Assembly (NCBI GenBank): GCA_963707505.1 | Contig: CAVPQB010000003.1 | Coordinates: forward strand, 320,001-384,000 | From: an uncultured Gemmatimonadales bacterium | GTDB taxonomy: Bacteria > Gemmatimonadota > Gemmatimonadetes > Gemmatimonadales > Gemmatimonadaceae | DNA length: 64,000 bases | Direction: 5' to 3' | Shown here: positions 33,108-44,469 of the stretch, in pieces | How positions within the stretch are numbered: the stretch's first letter is position 1 | Layout: each line of letters opens with the position of its first letter | The notes under the pieces: generated by a model | Told to the model about the DNA's origin: nothing | What the model saw: only the letters and a program-made list of their open reading frames with translations | The model's database searches: none | Program-made: the position numbers and the translations under genes

Positions 33108-33917
33108 GGACGAAATGGTAGGGCGGCCACGGGCCGGTGAAATCAAATCTGAATCCAGCAGGTCCGTAAGTCGCCATGAGCTCGGTCAGGGCAGATCTGA
33201 ACGAATCATAGCGCTCGTTGTCTACGAGATACGCGGCGTCCAGGAGCACACCTGGCTCATTCGATGCCGAGCTGTCGCGTGCCATGCTTTCGCGCGAACG
33301 ATCGGACAGCACGGAGTGTGCATGATCGGCGATTCGCGACGCGACGTCGCGTGTCGCGGACTTGCGCAGCTCCGCGAGCTTTCTGCGCAGAAGGTACGCC
33401 TGACCGGGCGAAGCGGCGTCTGCCTCGCGCTCGAGGTCCACGAGCCTGTCATCCATTTGCTCAGCGGCATTCACGAGAGCGGCTTGATCGGCGGCGATGC
33501 GCACGCACAGCTCGCGGGCGCCGCTCACTCGATCCAGCATCTCGCGAAATTCATCATGCCTGTCGTCGAGCATGGTCGCAACGGCGTGCTCGTCGCTGAA
33601 CATCACCCACATGGAAAAGGGCACGACTGCGCCGCGATCCGCCGCCCACGTGACGACCGCGTCGTGCGTAACGGCCCGGGGCGTGAGCCACTCCGGCTCA
33701 CCCATACGCTCTGACGGCGCGTCGCCGGAGTACTGCTCTGCATCGACCGCAGTCACCAGCGCGGCGATATCCGCACGCACAATGCTTCGAACCGGCGCGC
33801 GATCGATTCCGCGCGGCGCATCGCGTCATGCGCAGTGCCCGGTGCAGTGCCCGGCACGTTGCTCAGCACTAACGTCGCCGGCACGACACAGTAGACATAC
33901 TCGATCGTCGCCGTCAA
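33097..33917 (-). CDS. gvpL: Gas vesicle protein GvpL (GvpF/L family); indels in the 5' part
   Basis: EYVYCVV start, AVTHDAVV, PGQAYLLRRK, AAYLV, FTGPWPPYHFV. Confidence 0.85.
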
Positions 33918-34219
33918 CGCGCGTCGTCGTCGTCACGCGCGACGCGCACGGGTCCGCCACCGATCGACATGCCCAACTGCTCGCGCCACGCGCGCACTTC
34001 ACGGAGCCGGTGCATTATCACCTTCTCGCGCTCCAGATACTCATCGTCGTCGATGTCGCCCGCCTCGAGCTCCAGCTGGAGCCGCATGAGGTCTTCCTTG
34101 ATCGTCGTGTCATCCGTCAGCTCGTCCTCGACGGCGCGACGCACCTTGTCGAGTGTCCACATCGTGCCGTCCCACGGCCCGGTGAACGGTGCAAGCAGGA
34201 TGGACGACAGCAGCCCCAT
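33914..34219 (-). CDS. gvpG: Gas vesicle protein GvpG
   Basis: LLAPFTGP..W..V...EDEL..IKEDLMRLQLELEAGDIDDDEYLERE. Confidence 0.88.
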   Translation of the reverse strand: MGLLSSILLAPFTGPWDGTMWTLDKVRRAVEDELTDDTTIKEDLMRLQLELEAGDIDDDEYLEREKVIMHRLREVRAWREQLGMSIGGGPVRVARDDDDAR

Positions 34220-34220
34220 G

Positions 34221-35081
34221 CTAGTTGGCCTTCTCCAGCTTGAGCTTGATGTTGACGAAATTGTACGGCGGCCACGGACCGGTGTACTTGAATGCGAGCA
34301 GGTGCTCGTAGCGACGGCTGAGCTCCTTCACGACTTCGTCGAACGCCTTCTCCCCCGACCGGTTCACGAGGAACGCGGCATTCATGATCATGCGATCGCC
34401 GATGACCTTGTTGCTCCTGCTCGCGACCGAAACTCGTTTGAGCTCCTCGTGCACCGTCGCGACATATCGGCTGGCCGATTCTTCCAGCGCGCCCTCGATC
34501 AATCTTCCGAGCTGCATGCGCGCGAAATACGTGGATGACGACGCGTTGCGCGTGATCTCGTCCTTCAGCTTTCGAATCTCATCGTTGTCCTGCTCGATGC
34601 TCTCGACGACGCGGTCACGATCCCAGCGAATCTGCACACCGAACTCGATCTTGTCCTTCATCTTTTCGAGAACGTCGGTGAACGCTTCATACGTCGAGCG
34701 AAGCAGTTGCCCCACGTCCTCTTCCGATCGAAAGACCGTTCCGAACGACATTGGAATGACTGTGAACTCGCGCATCACCGTTTCATTCACAAATTCGTGT
34801 GCGAGCACGTTCTCACGCGTCGGGTCGTAGATCACGATTGGAGTGTCGCTGACTACGGCGGCCAGATCCTCATGGTGGACGGTGTAAACGCGGGCGCTTC
34901 CGCCGATGCCAATGTCGCCGAAATCCCGCGGAGTCTGATGCCGGATTATGCAGTAGACATACTTGCCCTCGGCCGGCGCGACGGCGAGTGAGTCACTCGC
35001 GAGGTCGGACTCGCTGCTGGCGTCGAAAAGCGAGGCGTCGAGCGCGCTCATTCTGTCGTCACTCAATGGTTGTCGTTCCAT
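34221..35081 (-). CDS. gvpF: Gas vesicle protein GvpF
   Basis: GKYVYCII, NVLAHEFV, VIPMSFGTVF, NAAFLV, YTGPWPPYNFVNI. Confidence 0.9.
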   Translation of the reverse strand: MERQPLSDDRMSALDASLFDASSESDLASDSLAVAPAEGKYVYCIIRHQTPRDFGDIGIGGSARVYTVHHEDLAAVVSDTPIVIYDPTRENVLAHEFVNETVMREFTVIPMSFGTVFRSEEDVGQLLRSTYEAFTDVLEKMKDKIEFGVQIRWDRDRVVESIEQDNDEIRKLKDEITRNASSSTYFARMQLGRLIEGALEESASRYVATVHEELKRVSVASRSNKVIGDRMIMNAAFLVNRSGEKAFDEVVKELSRRYEHLLAFKYTGPWPPYNFVNIKLKLEKAN

Positions 35082-35085
35082 TTCC

Positions 35086-36204
35086 CTAAAAACCCCCCTT
35101 CGAGCTGTTACGCGCTGCAACGATTGCGCCGACGAGCGACGCAATCACGCCGGCCGCACTTTCGACGCCGACACCAGACATTCTGTCCAGAGTATCGTGC
35201 GCAGTGTGCACCCGGGCGAGCGAATAACGAGTTCCCTGGCTGACAGTGCACGCGGCCCACCCCTCATCAGCGAACGCTGTCGAGTCCATAAGGACCCCGG
35301 GAAGTCCTCTGCGAATTCGAGTATCGAACCCCAGCACCCCAGCCCCACGCAAAGACTGCAATAGATGACGTCCTGCACCTGTGGCTGTAATCGTCAGCGC
35401 GCCTCGGTCATCCACACCATCACAGTTTATCACCACGCCAGCGGACTTGGATTGGACCCACGCACGTGCACCAGCGAGTCCCAATTCCTCGGCGGAAGTT
35501 ATGATAACTCCGACGGGGATCGCCCGGTCGATGGCGCTCGCGGCCCTCAGAATGGCTGCGACGCCGCTGGCATTGTCCAGCGTGCCGCTACCGCGTGTGC
35601 CAACCCACGAGAGTAATAATGGCACAGAAGCGACGGCTCCGCAGGTGGCCGCGCCAAGGAGCAGCGCACCCGGCAGGGGCAAGATGCGAGAAGCGGTCCA
35701 AACGAGAGTCAGACAGATCCAGCTGGCGAAAACTCCAACCGCGGCCGCGGCTCGTATCAGCAGCGAGACCGGCTGGCTCTTGCTGTCGAGGTGGGCCATG
35801 AGCCACACGAAGGGTACACCTCGCTGGGCCTCGAGATTCACCCCGAAGCGGCGCGCAAACGGCAGCCGACGGGTGCCATACCGGCCCAGCCACCATCCCG
35901 CAACGGAAACAGCAACGACCAGCGCAATTCCAACTGCCAGCCCCATGTCCGTTGCCGCGCCCCCCCGCACCGTCCCCACGCCAGCGACGGTCGCCGCGAC
36001 GAGAAGCACCAGGCCCGCGATCGGAGTCGCCCACATTCCGGGAAACGCAGAGTAGCCGAACGGACGATGCTCCACCGCGAAACCAGCATCAGTCAGCCAC
36101 CTTGCACAAACCGCCCGAGCGTCGGACTCGGCGGCGGATCCGGCAGGACGCGCCGTTCCGCCAATGCGTGCGAGCAGGGCATGGCCGTCCGCGGGACCAC
36201 CCAC
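35086..36204 (-). CDS. Membrane M28-family metallopeptidase
   Basis: MAHLDSK, GTLDNASGV, SAEELGLAG, INCDG, VHTAHDT; TM segments. Confidence 0.8.
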   Translation of the reverse strand: MGGPADGHALLARIGGTARPAGSAAESDARAVCARWLTDAGFAVEHRPFGYSAFPGMWATPIAGLVLLVAATVAGVGTVRGGAATDMGLAVGIALVVAVSVAGWWLGRYGTRRLPFARRFGVNLEAQRGVPFVWLMAHLDSKSQPVSLLIRAAAAVGVFASWICLTLVWTASRILPLPGALLLGAATCGAVASVPLLLSWVGTRGSGTLDNASGVAAILRAASAIDRAIPVGVIITSAEELGLAGARAWVQSKSAGVVINCDGVDDRGALTITATGAGRHLLQSLRGAGVLGFDTRIRRGLPGVLMDSTAFADEGWAACTVSQGTRYSLARVHTAHDTLDRMSGVGVESAAGVIASLVGAIVAARNSSKGGF

Positions 36205-36207
36205 TCG

Positions 36208-37182
36208 CTAGCGGAGACCCATGATCTGCTTGGTCTCGGTCAACGTCTCGCTGGCGATGGCTCTGGCGCTCGCAGCACCCTTCGAGAGGGCGTCCTCGAC
36301 ACGCTCGGGCGCTGCGCGAAGCTCCGCAGCGCGAGCGCGAATGGGCCCCAGCTCGGTCTCCATCGAGGTCTGCAGAACGCGCTTGCAATCGATGCAACCC
36401 CAGCCTGCGCTGCTGCACTGTTGCGCTACGTGCTCAACCGTTGCCGGAGAGCTGAACGCCTTGTGAATGTGATAGATGTTGCAGACTTCCGGAGTGCCAG
36501 GGTCGGTCTTTTTTACCCGCGCCGGATCCGTGACGGCCGGGCGCAGCTTCTCCCAGATCGCCGCCGGTTCTTCCAGCAGCCCGATCGTATTACCGAGCGA
36601 CTTGGACATCTTCGCCTGGCCGTCCAGCCCCATGATGCGTCTGGTCGGCGTGAGCAGTGGCTTGGGCTCGACGAAAAAATCGATGCCGAATTTGGCGTTC
36701 CAGCGCCGGACGATCTCCCGCGCGAGCTCCAGATGCTGCACCTGATCCTCGCCCACCGGAATGAGTTCCGACTGGTACAGCGCGACGTCGGCAGCCTGAA
36801 GCACCGGGTAGTTCAGCAACCCCGCGAGGATGCTCTCCTGACGGCTCGACTTGTCCTTGAACTGCGTCTGGCGCTCCAGCTCACCCAGCGGAGTCACCGT
36901 GTTGAAAATCCACGCGAGCTCGGTATGTTCGGAGACCGCAGACTGGACGAACAGGGTGCACTTTTCGGGATCTATCCCGGACGCGAGCAGCGAGATCGCC
37001 ATGTCGCGTGTGCGACGACGAAGATCTGCCGGCTCGTACATGCCCGTTATAGCGTGGTAGTCCACGATCGAGAAGAACGACTCGTACCGATGCTGTAGCT
37101 CGACCCAGTTCCGCACCGCGCCGAGGTAGTTTCCGATGTGCAGCTCACCCGAGGGTTGAATGCCGCTGAATACACGTGCCAT
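36208..37182 (-). CDS. trpS: Tryptophan--tRNA ligase
   Basis: FSGIQPSGELHIGNYLG, YPVLQAAD, VGEDQVQH, KMSKS. Confidence 0.97.
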   Translation of the reverse strand: MARVFSGIQPSGELHIGNYLGAVRNWVELQHRYESFFSIVDYHAITGMYEPADLRRRTRDMAISLLASGIDPEKCTLFVQSAVSEHTELAWIFNTVTPLGELERQTQFKDKSSRQESILAGLLNYPVLQAADVALYQSELIPVGEDQVQHLELAREIVRRWNAKFGIDFFVEPKPLLTPTRRIMGLDGQAKMSKSLGNTIGLLEEPAAIWEKLRPAVTDPARVKKTDPGTPEVCNIYHIHKAFSSPATVEHVAQQCSSAGWGCIDCKRVLQTSMETELGPIRARAAELRAAPERVEDALSKGAASARAIASETLTETKQIMGLR

Positions 37183-37200
37183 ACGCGAAATATACGAGCG

Positions 37201-38052
37201 ATGACCACAAGTCAGGCAGCTGTTCCATATACTGGCGAGATGATCGCGAAAATCCTCGACGCGATGATCGTCGCTGCGCGCGCAGCGGAAGATGTAATCG
37301 CAGCCGGAGCGGCTCGCCGCGGCGACCTTGTCTGGCAGGCGAAGGGTCAGGCCGATTACCTGACGGAGATAGATACATCCTCGGAAGCGGTGATCCGCCA
37401 TGAGATCACCCACGCGCTGCACGGCGATTTTCCCGACCTGCGTGTACTGGGCGAGGAGAGTTGGCGCGATGAGCCACTTCCACGCGGACTCGCGTTTGTC
37501 GTCGATCCGCTCGACGGCACCACGAATTTCCTGCATGGGATTCCAGCGTATTCCGTTTCGATAGCCGCAATCCATGACACGGAACCGATTCTCGCTCTGG
37601 TTCTGGACATTCCGCACGGCGAGCTGTACACCGCGGTGCGCGGCTTCGGCGCCCGCCTGAACGGCACACCGATTCACGTCTCGCAAATCTCAGATCCCGA
37701 AAAGGCGCTCATCGGCACCGGCTTTCCGTTCGGCGAAAATGCGGATGCGGTGCGCTACGCACGCCAGTTCATTCCAATCGCCCAGACAACCTCGGGAATC
37801 AGGCGCGCAGGCTCGGCTGCGATCGACCTGGCATGGATCGCCGCGGGAAGGTTCGACGCGTTCTGGGAGCTGCACCTGTCGCCCTGGGATATAGCGGCCG
37901 GCATTCTGCTGGTACGTGAAGCTGGCGGAATCATCACCGCGATCGATGGCATGCCAGCGACGATCGAAACGTCGCCGCTCGTTGCCGGCAATCCAACGAT
38001 GCACGCGTGGCTGCTCGACGTGCTGCGTGACGCTGACAATGCCGCAACATGA
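37201..38052 (+). CDS. suhB: Inositol monophosphatase family protein
   Basis: GEES, DPLDGTTNF, RRAGSAA, WDIAAG. Confidence 0.9.
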   Translation: MTTSQAAVPYTGEMIAKILDAMIVAARAAEDVIAAGAARRGDLVWQAKGQADYLTEIDTSSEAVIRHEITHALHGDFPDLRVLGEESWRDEPLPRGLAFVVDPLDGTTNFLHGIPAYSVSIAAIHDTEPILALVLDIPHGELYTAVRGFGARLNGTPIHVSQISDPEKALIGTGFPFGENADAVRYARQFIPIAQTTSGIRRAGSAAIDLAWIAAGRFDAFWELHLSPWDIAAGILLVREAGGIITAIDGMPATIETSPLVAGNPTMHAWLLDVLRDADNAAT

Positions 38053-39564
38053 AGCTCATCGAATGCGTCCCGAATTTTTCCGAAGGGCGTGACCTCGCGG
38101 TCAGTCGACGCGATTCGCGATCGAATAGCCGCGGTGCCAGGAGTTTCCGTGCTGCACGTGACCTCGGACGCATCACACAACAGGTCGGTCATCACGTTCG
38201 TTGCGCCGGCAGAAACCATGGCCGATGCCGCAGTCGCCGCGATCCGCGCAGCGCGTGACCACATCGACCTCACACTACACGAGGGCGTCCATCCCCGCAT
38301 CGGCGCGGCGGACGTGGTTCCGTTCGTCCCGCTCGACGGTGCGACGATGGACGACTGCATTGCGATCGCGCGTGAGGTTGGCCGGCGAGTCGGAGATGAC
38401 CTGGGGATTCCGGTCTATCTCTACGAGCGAGCCGCGACTCGAGCTTCGCGACGCAATCTAGCGGACGTCCGGCGCGGTGGCTTCGAAGCGCTGCGCGATG
38501 CAATCACATCGGATCCCGCCCGCGCACCGGACTTCGGCCCCGCGCACGTGCATCCCACCGCGGGTGCAGTGGCAATCGGCGCGCGTCCGTTTCTGATCGC
38601 TTTCAACGCATACATTGGCGACAGTGGGAAGCTGCGCGCGGCGAAGGACATTGCACGCGCCGTTCGTGAATCGAGTGGCGGGCTGCGAGCCGTGAAGGCT
38701 CTGGGACTCGAAGTGAATGGTCAGGCTCAGGTATCGATGAACCTGGTCGACATCGACCAGACCTCGCTCGCAACCGCATACGCCGCAGTCGAGCGTGAGG
38801 CACGCGAGCGTGGCCTGGAGATCGAATGGAGTGAATTGATAGGTCTCCTCCCGGAGCGCGCTGCGTTCGACGTGTCATCCAGAGCCTTGAGACTGAGAGA
38901 CGACATCGGCGCACACGTGCTCGAGCGCATCGTGCTCGCGAAACGCACCGAGCAATCACTATCTGCCTATGTGGAAAACGTCGCCGACGCGGACGCCGTT
39001 CCGGGCGGAGGAAGCGTAGCGGCGATCGCCGGCGCACTCGGTGCAGCCCTCGTGAGCATGGTCGCGGGTCTGACACTTGGCCGCGATCGGTATGCGGCGG
39101 TCGACGCTGAAATGCGGGAGATCCAACGTGACGCAGCGGGCCTTGCGCACGAGTTGCAGGCCCTCGCGCTACGCGATGCAGACGCCTACGCACGCGTCAC
39201 CGATGCACGTGGATTGCCGCATCGCACCGCCGCCGAGCACGTGGCGCGAGATGGTGCGATCCACGACGCTCTCCTCGGCGCTATCGACGTCCCACTCGCT
39301 GTGGCGCGTTGCGCGGCTCGCACGGTCATGCTTGTAAGCGCTGTCTCGGAGCGAGGCAATTCGAACGCGATCAGTGACGCCGGAGTTGCAGCACTGCTCG
39401 CTAGCGCCGCATGCACCGGAGCGTGTTACAATGTCCGCGTGAATGCGAGCTCGCTACGCGACCTCGCTGATGCTGAGGAAGCTTTGGAAGAAGCAATCGC
39501 GCTCTCGGCGGAGACCGAGGCGCTGGCTGCATCGATAGCGCTGAGGGTTTGCGCGGCGATCTGA
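38049..39564 (+). CDS. ftcD: Glutamate formimidoyltransferase / formimidoyltetrahydrofolate cyclodeaminase; indel near start
   Basis: IECVPNFSEGRD, HNRSV, GVHPRIGAADVVPFVP, QVSMNL, PGGGSVAA. Confidence 0.93.
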
Positions 39565-39607
39565 CACCGCCGTACCTGCACGCGCTTGTGCTGCGCGTAC
39601 GCTGGTT

Positions 39608-40367
39608 TTACGCCGCTAGCTGTGTCAGCACGCGCGGGCCCTGCGCGGTGATTGCAACTGTGTGCTCGAAGTGTGCTGCACGCGATTTGTCGACCGTCAC
39701 GACCGTCCACTGATCCGGCAGTTGGCGAGTCTTGTGGCTGCCGATCATTACCATGGGCTCGATCGCGATCGTAAGACCGGCCGTCAGCTTCACGCCACGT
39801 TTGGGCTTGCCGTAGTTTGGGACCTGCGGGTCTTCGTGGAACGTGGTGCCGATTCCATGTCCAACCAGATCCCGTGTGACGTTGAAGCCAGCACGCTCGA
39901 CCACTTCCTGCACTGCAGCGCCGATGTCGCCCACATGATTGTCCGGCTGCGCTGCCGCGATTCCGGCGGCGAGCGCCTTGCGCGTTATGTCGAGCAGCCG
40001 CAAGGATTCCGCGCCAACATTGCCGACCGCGACCGTCGTGGCTGCATCCGTGTGATAACCGTCGAGCAGTACGCCGACATCGATCGACACTATGTCGCCG
40101 TCGCGAATCACGCGCTTTGCACTCGGAATCCCGTGCACGATCTCTTCGTTGATCGATGCGCACACACTTGCGGGGAAGCCGTAAAGCCCCTTGAACGACG
40201 GGAGTGCGCCTTCGTGCGAGCGGATGAATTCCTCGATCATCCGATCCACGTCGAGCGTGGACATTCCGGCGCGACGTGTCGGTTTCAGCGAGACGCACCG
40301 CGGCGGCGAGTATCTGCCCCCCCCGCGCCATAATCTCGATCTCTCTTGCTGACTTGAGCTGTATCAT
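39608..40367 (-). CDS. map: Methionine aminopeptidase type I; frameshifted
   Basis: SINEEIVHGIP, IDVG..DAA, GHGIG..HEDP, AIEPM, AHFEHT. Confidence 0.95.
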
Positions 40368-40395
40368 TGCCTGCTTCCTCTCACCGCGTGCGTTG

Positions 40396-41049
40396 TCAGG
40401 ATGCGAGCTGCACGCTTTGGAGCGCCTGCGCTGCCCGGGCTGTAACGTCCGCTACTTCGCCGATCGCGTCGATTCGTTGCACCGGAATGCCATGAGAATC
40501 ATACCACTCGACCACCGGCGCGGTGAGATCCTCGTAGACGTTGAGCCGATTCTGAATGGCCTCCGGCTCGTCGTCCTTGCGCCGAACCAGGCGGCCGCCG
40601 TCGCCGCGAGGACACGCGGTGCCCGGCTCCAGTCCCCTGAACGGCGTCTGACACACGTCGCAAGTCGTGCGCGAGCTGAGGCGCCGGATCAATTCAGTGT
40701 GGTTCGCCTCGAAGAGCAACACCGCGTCGACCTTGCGCCCGATGCTCGCAAGTGCCTCCGCGAGACCTTCCGCCTGCGGTACGGTGCGCACCGCGCCGTC
40801 GAGAATGGCGCCGCGCGCGGATTCGGGCGACGCTATCGCGTCGCGAAGAATGCCAAGAATCACCGAATCGGGGACGAGATCTCCGCGATCCATGAACTGC
40901 TTGGCCTCGAGTCCGAGAGGTGTGCCTTCACGCACCGCGGCGCGGAACAGATCGCCCGTAGCGATCTTCGGAATGCCAAGGCGAGCTGCAAGCAGCTCGC
41001 CCTGAGTTCCCTTCCCTGCGCCCGGTGGTCCGAGCAGAACTATTATCAC
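40396..41049 (-). CDS. adk: Adenylate kinase (Cys-type LID)
   Basis: GPPGAGKGTQ, TGDLFR, GDLVPD, RKDD. Confidence 0.96.
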   Translation of the reverse strand: MIIVLLGPPGAGKGTQGELLAARLGIPKIATGDLFRAAVREGTPLGLEAKQFMDRGDLVPDSVILGILRDAIASPESARGAILDGAVRTVPQAEGLAEALASIGRKVDAVLLFEANHTELIRRLSSRTTCDVCQTPFRGLEPGTACPRGDGGRLVRRKDDEPEAIQNRLNVYEDLTAPVVEWYDSHGIPVQRIDAIGEVADVTARAAQALQSVQLAS

Positions 41050-41064
41050 AATTGCACCGGGACG

Positions 41065-42397
41065 TCAGTAACCAGCGAACGAATTCTGCCCGCGGAACCG
41101 TACGCGTCCCTTCTTCATGAATCCGTCGTACTTGCGGAGCAGCATGTGCTGATTGATCTGCGCCATCGTATCGAGTGCGACACCGACCACGATCAGCAGC
41201 GACGTGCCGCCGAACGTGAACGGAACGTTGATCGCATCGGCGATGAAGATCGGAAGCAGCGCGATGAACGTAAGGAAGATGGAGCCCGGAAGCGTGATCC
41301 GGGATATCACCGTATCCACGTACTCGGCCGTCTTCGCGCCAGGCTTCACGCCGGGAATGAATCCGCCCTGCTTCTTCAGATTCTCGGCGATATCCACCGG
41401 ATTGAAGATGATCGCACGTGTAGAAGTACGTGAAGAATATGATCAGCACCGCCAGGAGCGCGAAGTAGAGCCACGTTCCGGGCTGCATCCGCTCCGACAT
41501 CTGCTGCATGAACGGATTGCCGCTGAACTGCGCGAACGCGCCTGGAATCACGATCACCGACTGCGCAAAGATGATAGGCATCACGCCGGCTGTATTGATT
41601 CGGAGCGGTATGAAGTTCCGCGAGGCTTCTCGCTGGCGCCCACGTGACATCGTGCGCTGCGGAATCTGAATCATGATGCGCCGCGCTGCGATCGTGATCG
41701 CAATCGTGCCTGCGACGACGGCAACCATGACGAAGCCGAGTATGATCAGCGAGAATGGTCCGATAGCCTGCGTCGTCACGAACTTGAACGTGTCGAGAAT
41801 GCCGGGCCAGAAGCGCTCGACGATCGAGAAGAAGATGATGAGCGACGCGCCGTTACCCAGACCACGCTCGGTGATCTGCTCGCCGAGCCACATGACGAAG
41901 ATCGCGCCCGTGGTGAGGAACAGAACCATCTGCAGCTTGAACATGAAGCCCGGCGTGATCACGGCGTTCTGGAGCGACGACGTGAACAGAGCGAAGCCCC
42001 ATCCCTGAACTACTGCGAGCGCGATGGTGATGTATCGCGTCCACTGGTTGATGGTTTTTCGACCTTCCTCGTCCTTCTGCATCTTCTCCACCTGCGGCAA
42101 CACCGCGCCGGCGATCTGGATGAAGATGGACGCGGAGATGTACGGCATGATTCCGAGCGCGAACACCGTTGCGCGGGAGAGACCGCCTCCGACGAACAGG
42201 TCGTACAGCCCGAGCAATCCTCCACCGCCCTTGTTCGCGAAGAAATCCGTGAGCGCCACCACGTCGATTCCCGGCGCCGTGATGTGCGAACCGAGCCGGT
42301 AAAGGACGAGGCAGAGGAAGGTGAACTTGATCTTATCCCACAGCTCGGTGTTGCGCGTGATGTCCGCGACCGCCGATGCGGGATTTGTCTGCGCCAT
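41065..42397 (-). CDS. secY: Preprotein translocase SecY; frameshifted near 41415
   Basis: FALGIMPYISASI, GLGNGASL, AGVMPIIFA, FIPGVKPG, GGTSLLIVV. Confidence 0.97.
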
Positions 42398-42563
42398 TAG
42401 TAGAGTCTCCTCAGTGGGTGGCAGTGCCACCCGAAACTGCTGTAGGACGATTCAGTTGCGCTTGCGCGGCAGAATCGCGAAGCGCCGGTACGGACGGCAG
42501 AAGCCGCCGCACTCGACGCATTACACAAAAGTTGGTAGCCCATACCGCGGCCCCTTCGGAAAT

Positions 42564-43019
42564 TTACGCGACGGTACCGCCAGCGGCGACGATCTTCTCG
42601 CGCGCGCCACTGCTGACCTTGAGCCCACGAACAGTCACTGCCTGCGTGATCTCTCCGTTGGCCAGCACCTTCGCCGGACCCTTGCCGCCATGGATCATAC
42701 CCGCCTCCACCAGCAGCTCGTTCGTTATCTCCTTCCCCTCGAATCTTGCGAGGTCGCCGAGCCGCACGACCTGGCTCTCGACCCGGAATGGACTCGTGAA
42801 GCCACGCTTCGGCAGCCGGCGCGTGAGCGGCATCTGACCGCCTTCGAACTGGGGCTTGCCGCCGCCTGGGCCATGGTGCCCCGAGCGTGCCTTGATACCC
42901 TTGTGTCCCTTGCCCGACGTCTTACCAGTGCCGGATCCCGGACCGCGACCGATGCGCTTGCGATTGCGCGTCGATCCCGGTGCAGACGACAGGTTGTGAA
43001 GACCGATTTTCTTAGCCAT
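42564..43019 (-). CDS. rplO: 50S ribosomal protein L15
   Basis: [27 protein letters not shown]. Confidence 0.97.
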   Translation of the reverse strand: MAKKIGLHNLSSAPGSTRNRKRIGRGPGSGTGKTSGKGHKGIKARSGHHGPGGGKPQFEGGQMPLTRRLPKRGFTSPFRVESQVVRLGDLARFEGKEITNELLVEAGMIHGGKGPAKVLANGEITQAVTVRGLKVSSGAREKIVAAGGTVA

Positions 43020-43022
43020 TTG

Positions 43023-43283
43023 TTACGCCTCTTCCTTGGCCGCGGCGAATGTCACGAGATGGCGTACGCGCTTGATCTGTCCGCGCAGTGCCGCCGAATC
43101 CTGATGAATCACCACGTCATGCGGGTGCTTGAGTCCGAGCGCCTCGAGCGTGCGGCGCATGCGCCACGAATGCCCGATCTTGCTGCGAACCTGCCTGATC
43201 TCGATCCTGCCCTTGCCCGGGGCCTGAAGCTTGTCCGTCGTCTTGGGCCCCCTCGTCGGGTGCCACACGAAAGTCCTGGCCAT
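43023..43283 (-). CDS. rpmD: 50S ribosomal protein L30 with N-terminal extension
   Basis: IRQVRSKIG..TLEALGLK..RGQIKRVRHLV; between rpsE and rplO. Confidence 0.92.
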   Translation of the reverse strand: MARTFVWHPTRGPKTTDKLQAPGKGRIEIRQVRSKIGHSWRMRRTLEALGLKHPHDVVIHQDSAALRGQIKRVRHLVTFAAAKEEA

Positions 43284-44119
43284 TATGCAACCACCTTCGT
43301 CTTGGCACGCGAGCGATATCCGAGCGAGCTCTGCTCGATACCGCGCTCGCGCGCGATCTGTTCTACAGTTGTCAGGTTCGCCAGCGCGTCGAGCGCTGCG
43401 AGAACCATGTTGTGCGGATTGGTCGAGCCGAGGCTCTTGGTGAGGATGTCGGTGATACCGACGCATTCCATGACGGCGCGAACCGCACCGCCAGCGATGA
43501 CGCCGGCTCCGGGTGCCGCCGGCTTCATGAGAACCTTGCCTGCACCGTGCTGTCCAACGATTGCGTGCGGGATCGTGCCGCCGGTCATCGGAACCGAGAC
43601 CATGCGGCGGCGAGCTGCCTCGACGGCCTTGCGGACCGCCTCGGAAACCTCGTTCGCCTTGCCCGTCGAGAATCCGACGCGTCCCTGGCCATCGCCGACT
43701 GCAACGAGCGCGTTGAAGGAGAAGCGACGTCCGCCCTTCACGACCTTGGCAACGCGATTGATCGCGACGACGTTCTCGATGAGATCGCTGCCGCCCTCGC
43801 CGCCCTGGCCACCCCGGCCACCGTCACGTCCACCACCGGGGCCGCGTCCGCCGCCCGGGCCGCCGCGTCCACCCTGACCGCCGCCCTGGCCGCCACGATT
43901 CTGGCCACCACCCTGACCGCCGCGGCCGCCACCAGCGCCACCGCGACCGCCGCCGCCCTGGCCGCCGCGTCCGCGCTGCTGGCCGCCGCCGGAGCGCGCG
44001 CTGCGCCCGGGTCCGCCAGTGTTGCCGCCAGTGGGGACCACCAGTGGTCCACCGGTGGTTCCACTGCTTGCGCCGCCGCTCGCGGCTGGCGCTCCGCCCT
44101 GCTTCTGTTCGTCAGCCAT
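43283..44119 (-). CDS. rpsE: 30S ribosomal protein S5 with Gly/RGG-rich N-terminal extension
   Basis: [28 protein letters not shown]. Confidence 0.97.
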   Translation of the reverse strand: MADEQKQGGAPAASGGASSGTTGGPLVVPTGGNTGGPGRSARSGGGQQRGRGGQGGGGRGGAGGGRGGQGGGQNRGGQGGGQGGRGGPGGGRGPGGGRDGGRGGQGGEGGSDLIENVVAINRVAKVVKGGRRFSFNALVAVGDGQGRVGFSTGKANEVSEAVRKAVEAARRRMVSVPMTGGTIPHAIVGQHGAGKVLMKPAAPGAGVIAGGAVRAVMECVGITDILTKSLGSTNPHNMVLAALDALANLTTVEQIARERGIEQSSLGYRSRAKTKVVA

Positions 44120-44466
44120 TAGAACTCCAACCCGCCTTCGCGGGCACCGTCGGCCACCGCTTTCACGCGGCCGTGATACACATATCCACCACGGTCGAAG
44201 ACGACGCTGGTCACGCCCGCTTCCTTGGCGCGCGCCGCGATCTTCTTGCCGACCTCGAATGACTTCTCGACCTTCTTGCCTGTGATTCCACCGTCCGTCA
44301 CCGTCATCAGCGTATGCTGAGTGTTGTCGTCAACGAGCTGCGCATAGATGTGCTTCTCGGAACGGAATACAACGAGACGCGGACGCTCGGCCGTGCCATT
44401 CACTTTCTTGCGAACGCGAAAGTGACGACGGGCGCGGTACTGCTCGCGGGTCTGCGGTTTTTTCAT
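44119..44466 (-). CDS. rplR: 50S ribosomal protein L18
   Basis: [28 protein letters not shown]. Confidence 0.97.
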   Translation of the reverse strand: MKKPQTREQYRARRHFRVRKKVNGTAERPRLVVFRSEKHIYAQLVDDNTQHTLMTVTDGGITGKKVEKSFEVGKKIAARAKEAGVTSVVFDRGGYVYHGRVKAVADGAREGGLEF

Positions 44467-44469
44467 CGC

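Noticed and set aside
36208..37686. N-terminally extended 492-aa TrpS
   Set aside because: The extension overlaps suhB on the other strand; the conserved start is MARVFSG at 37182
42321..43877. Long plus-strand ORFs opposite ribosomal genes (also 45346..46503, 54520..55674, 35791..37098, 17772..18866)
   Set aside because: Antisense shadows of GC-rich coding sequence with no recognisable domains
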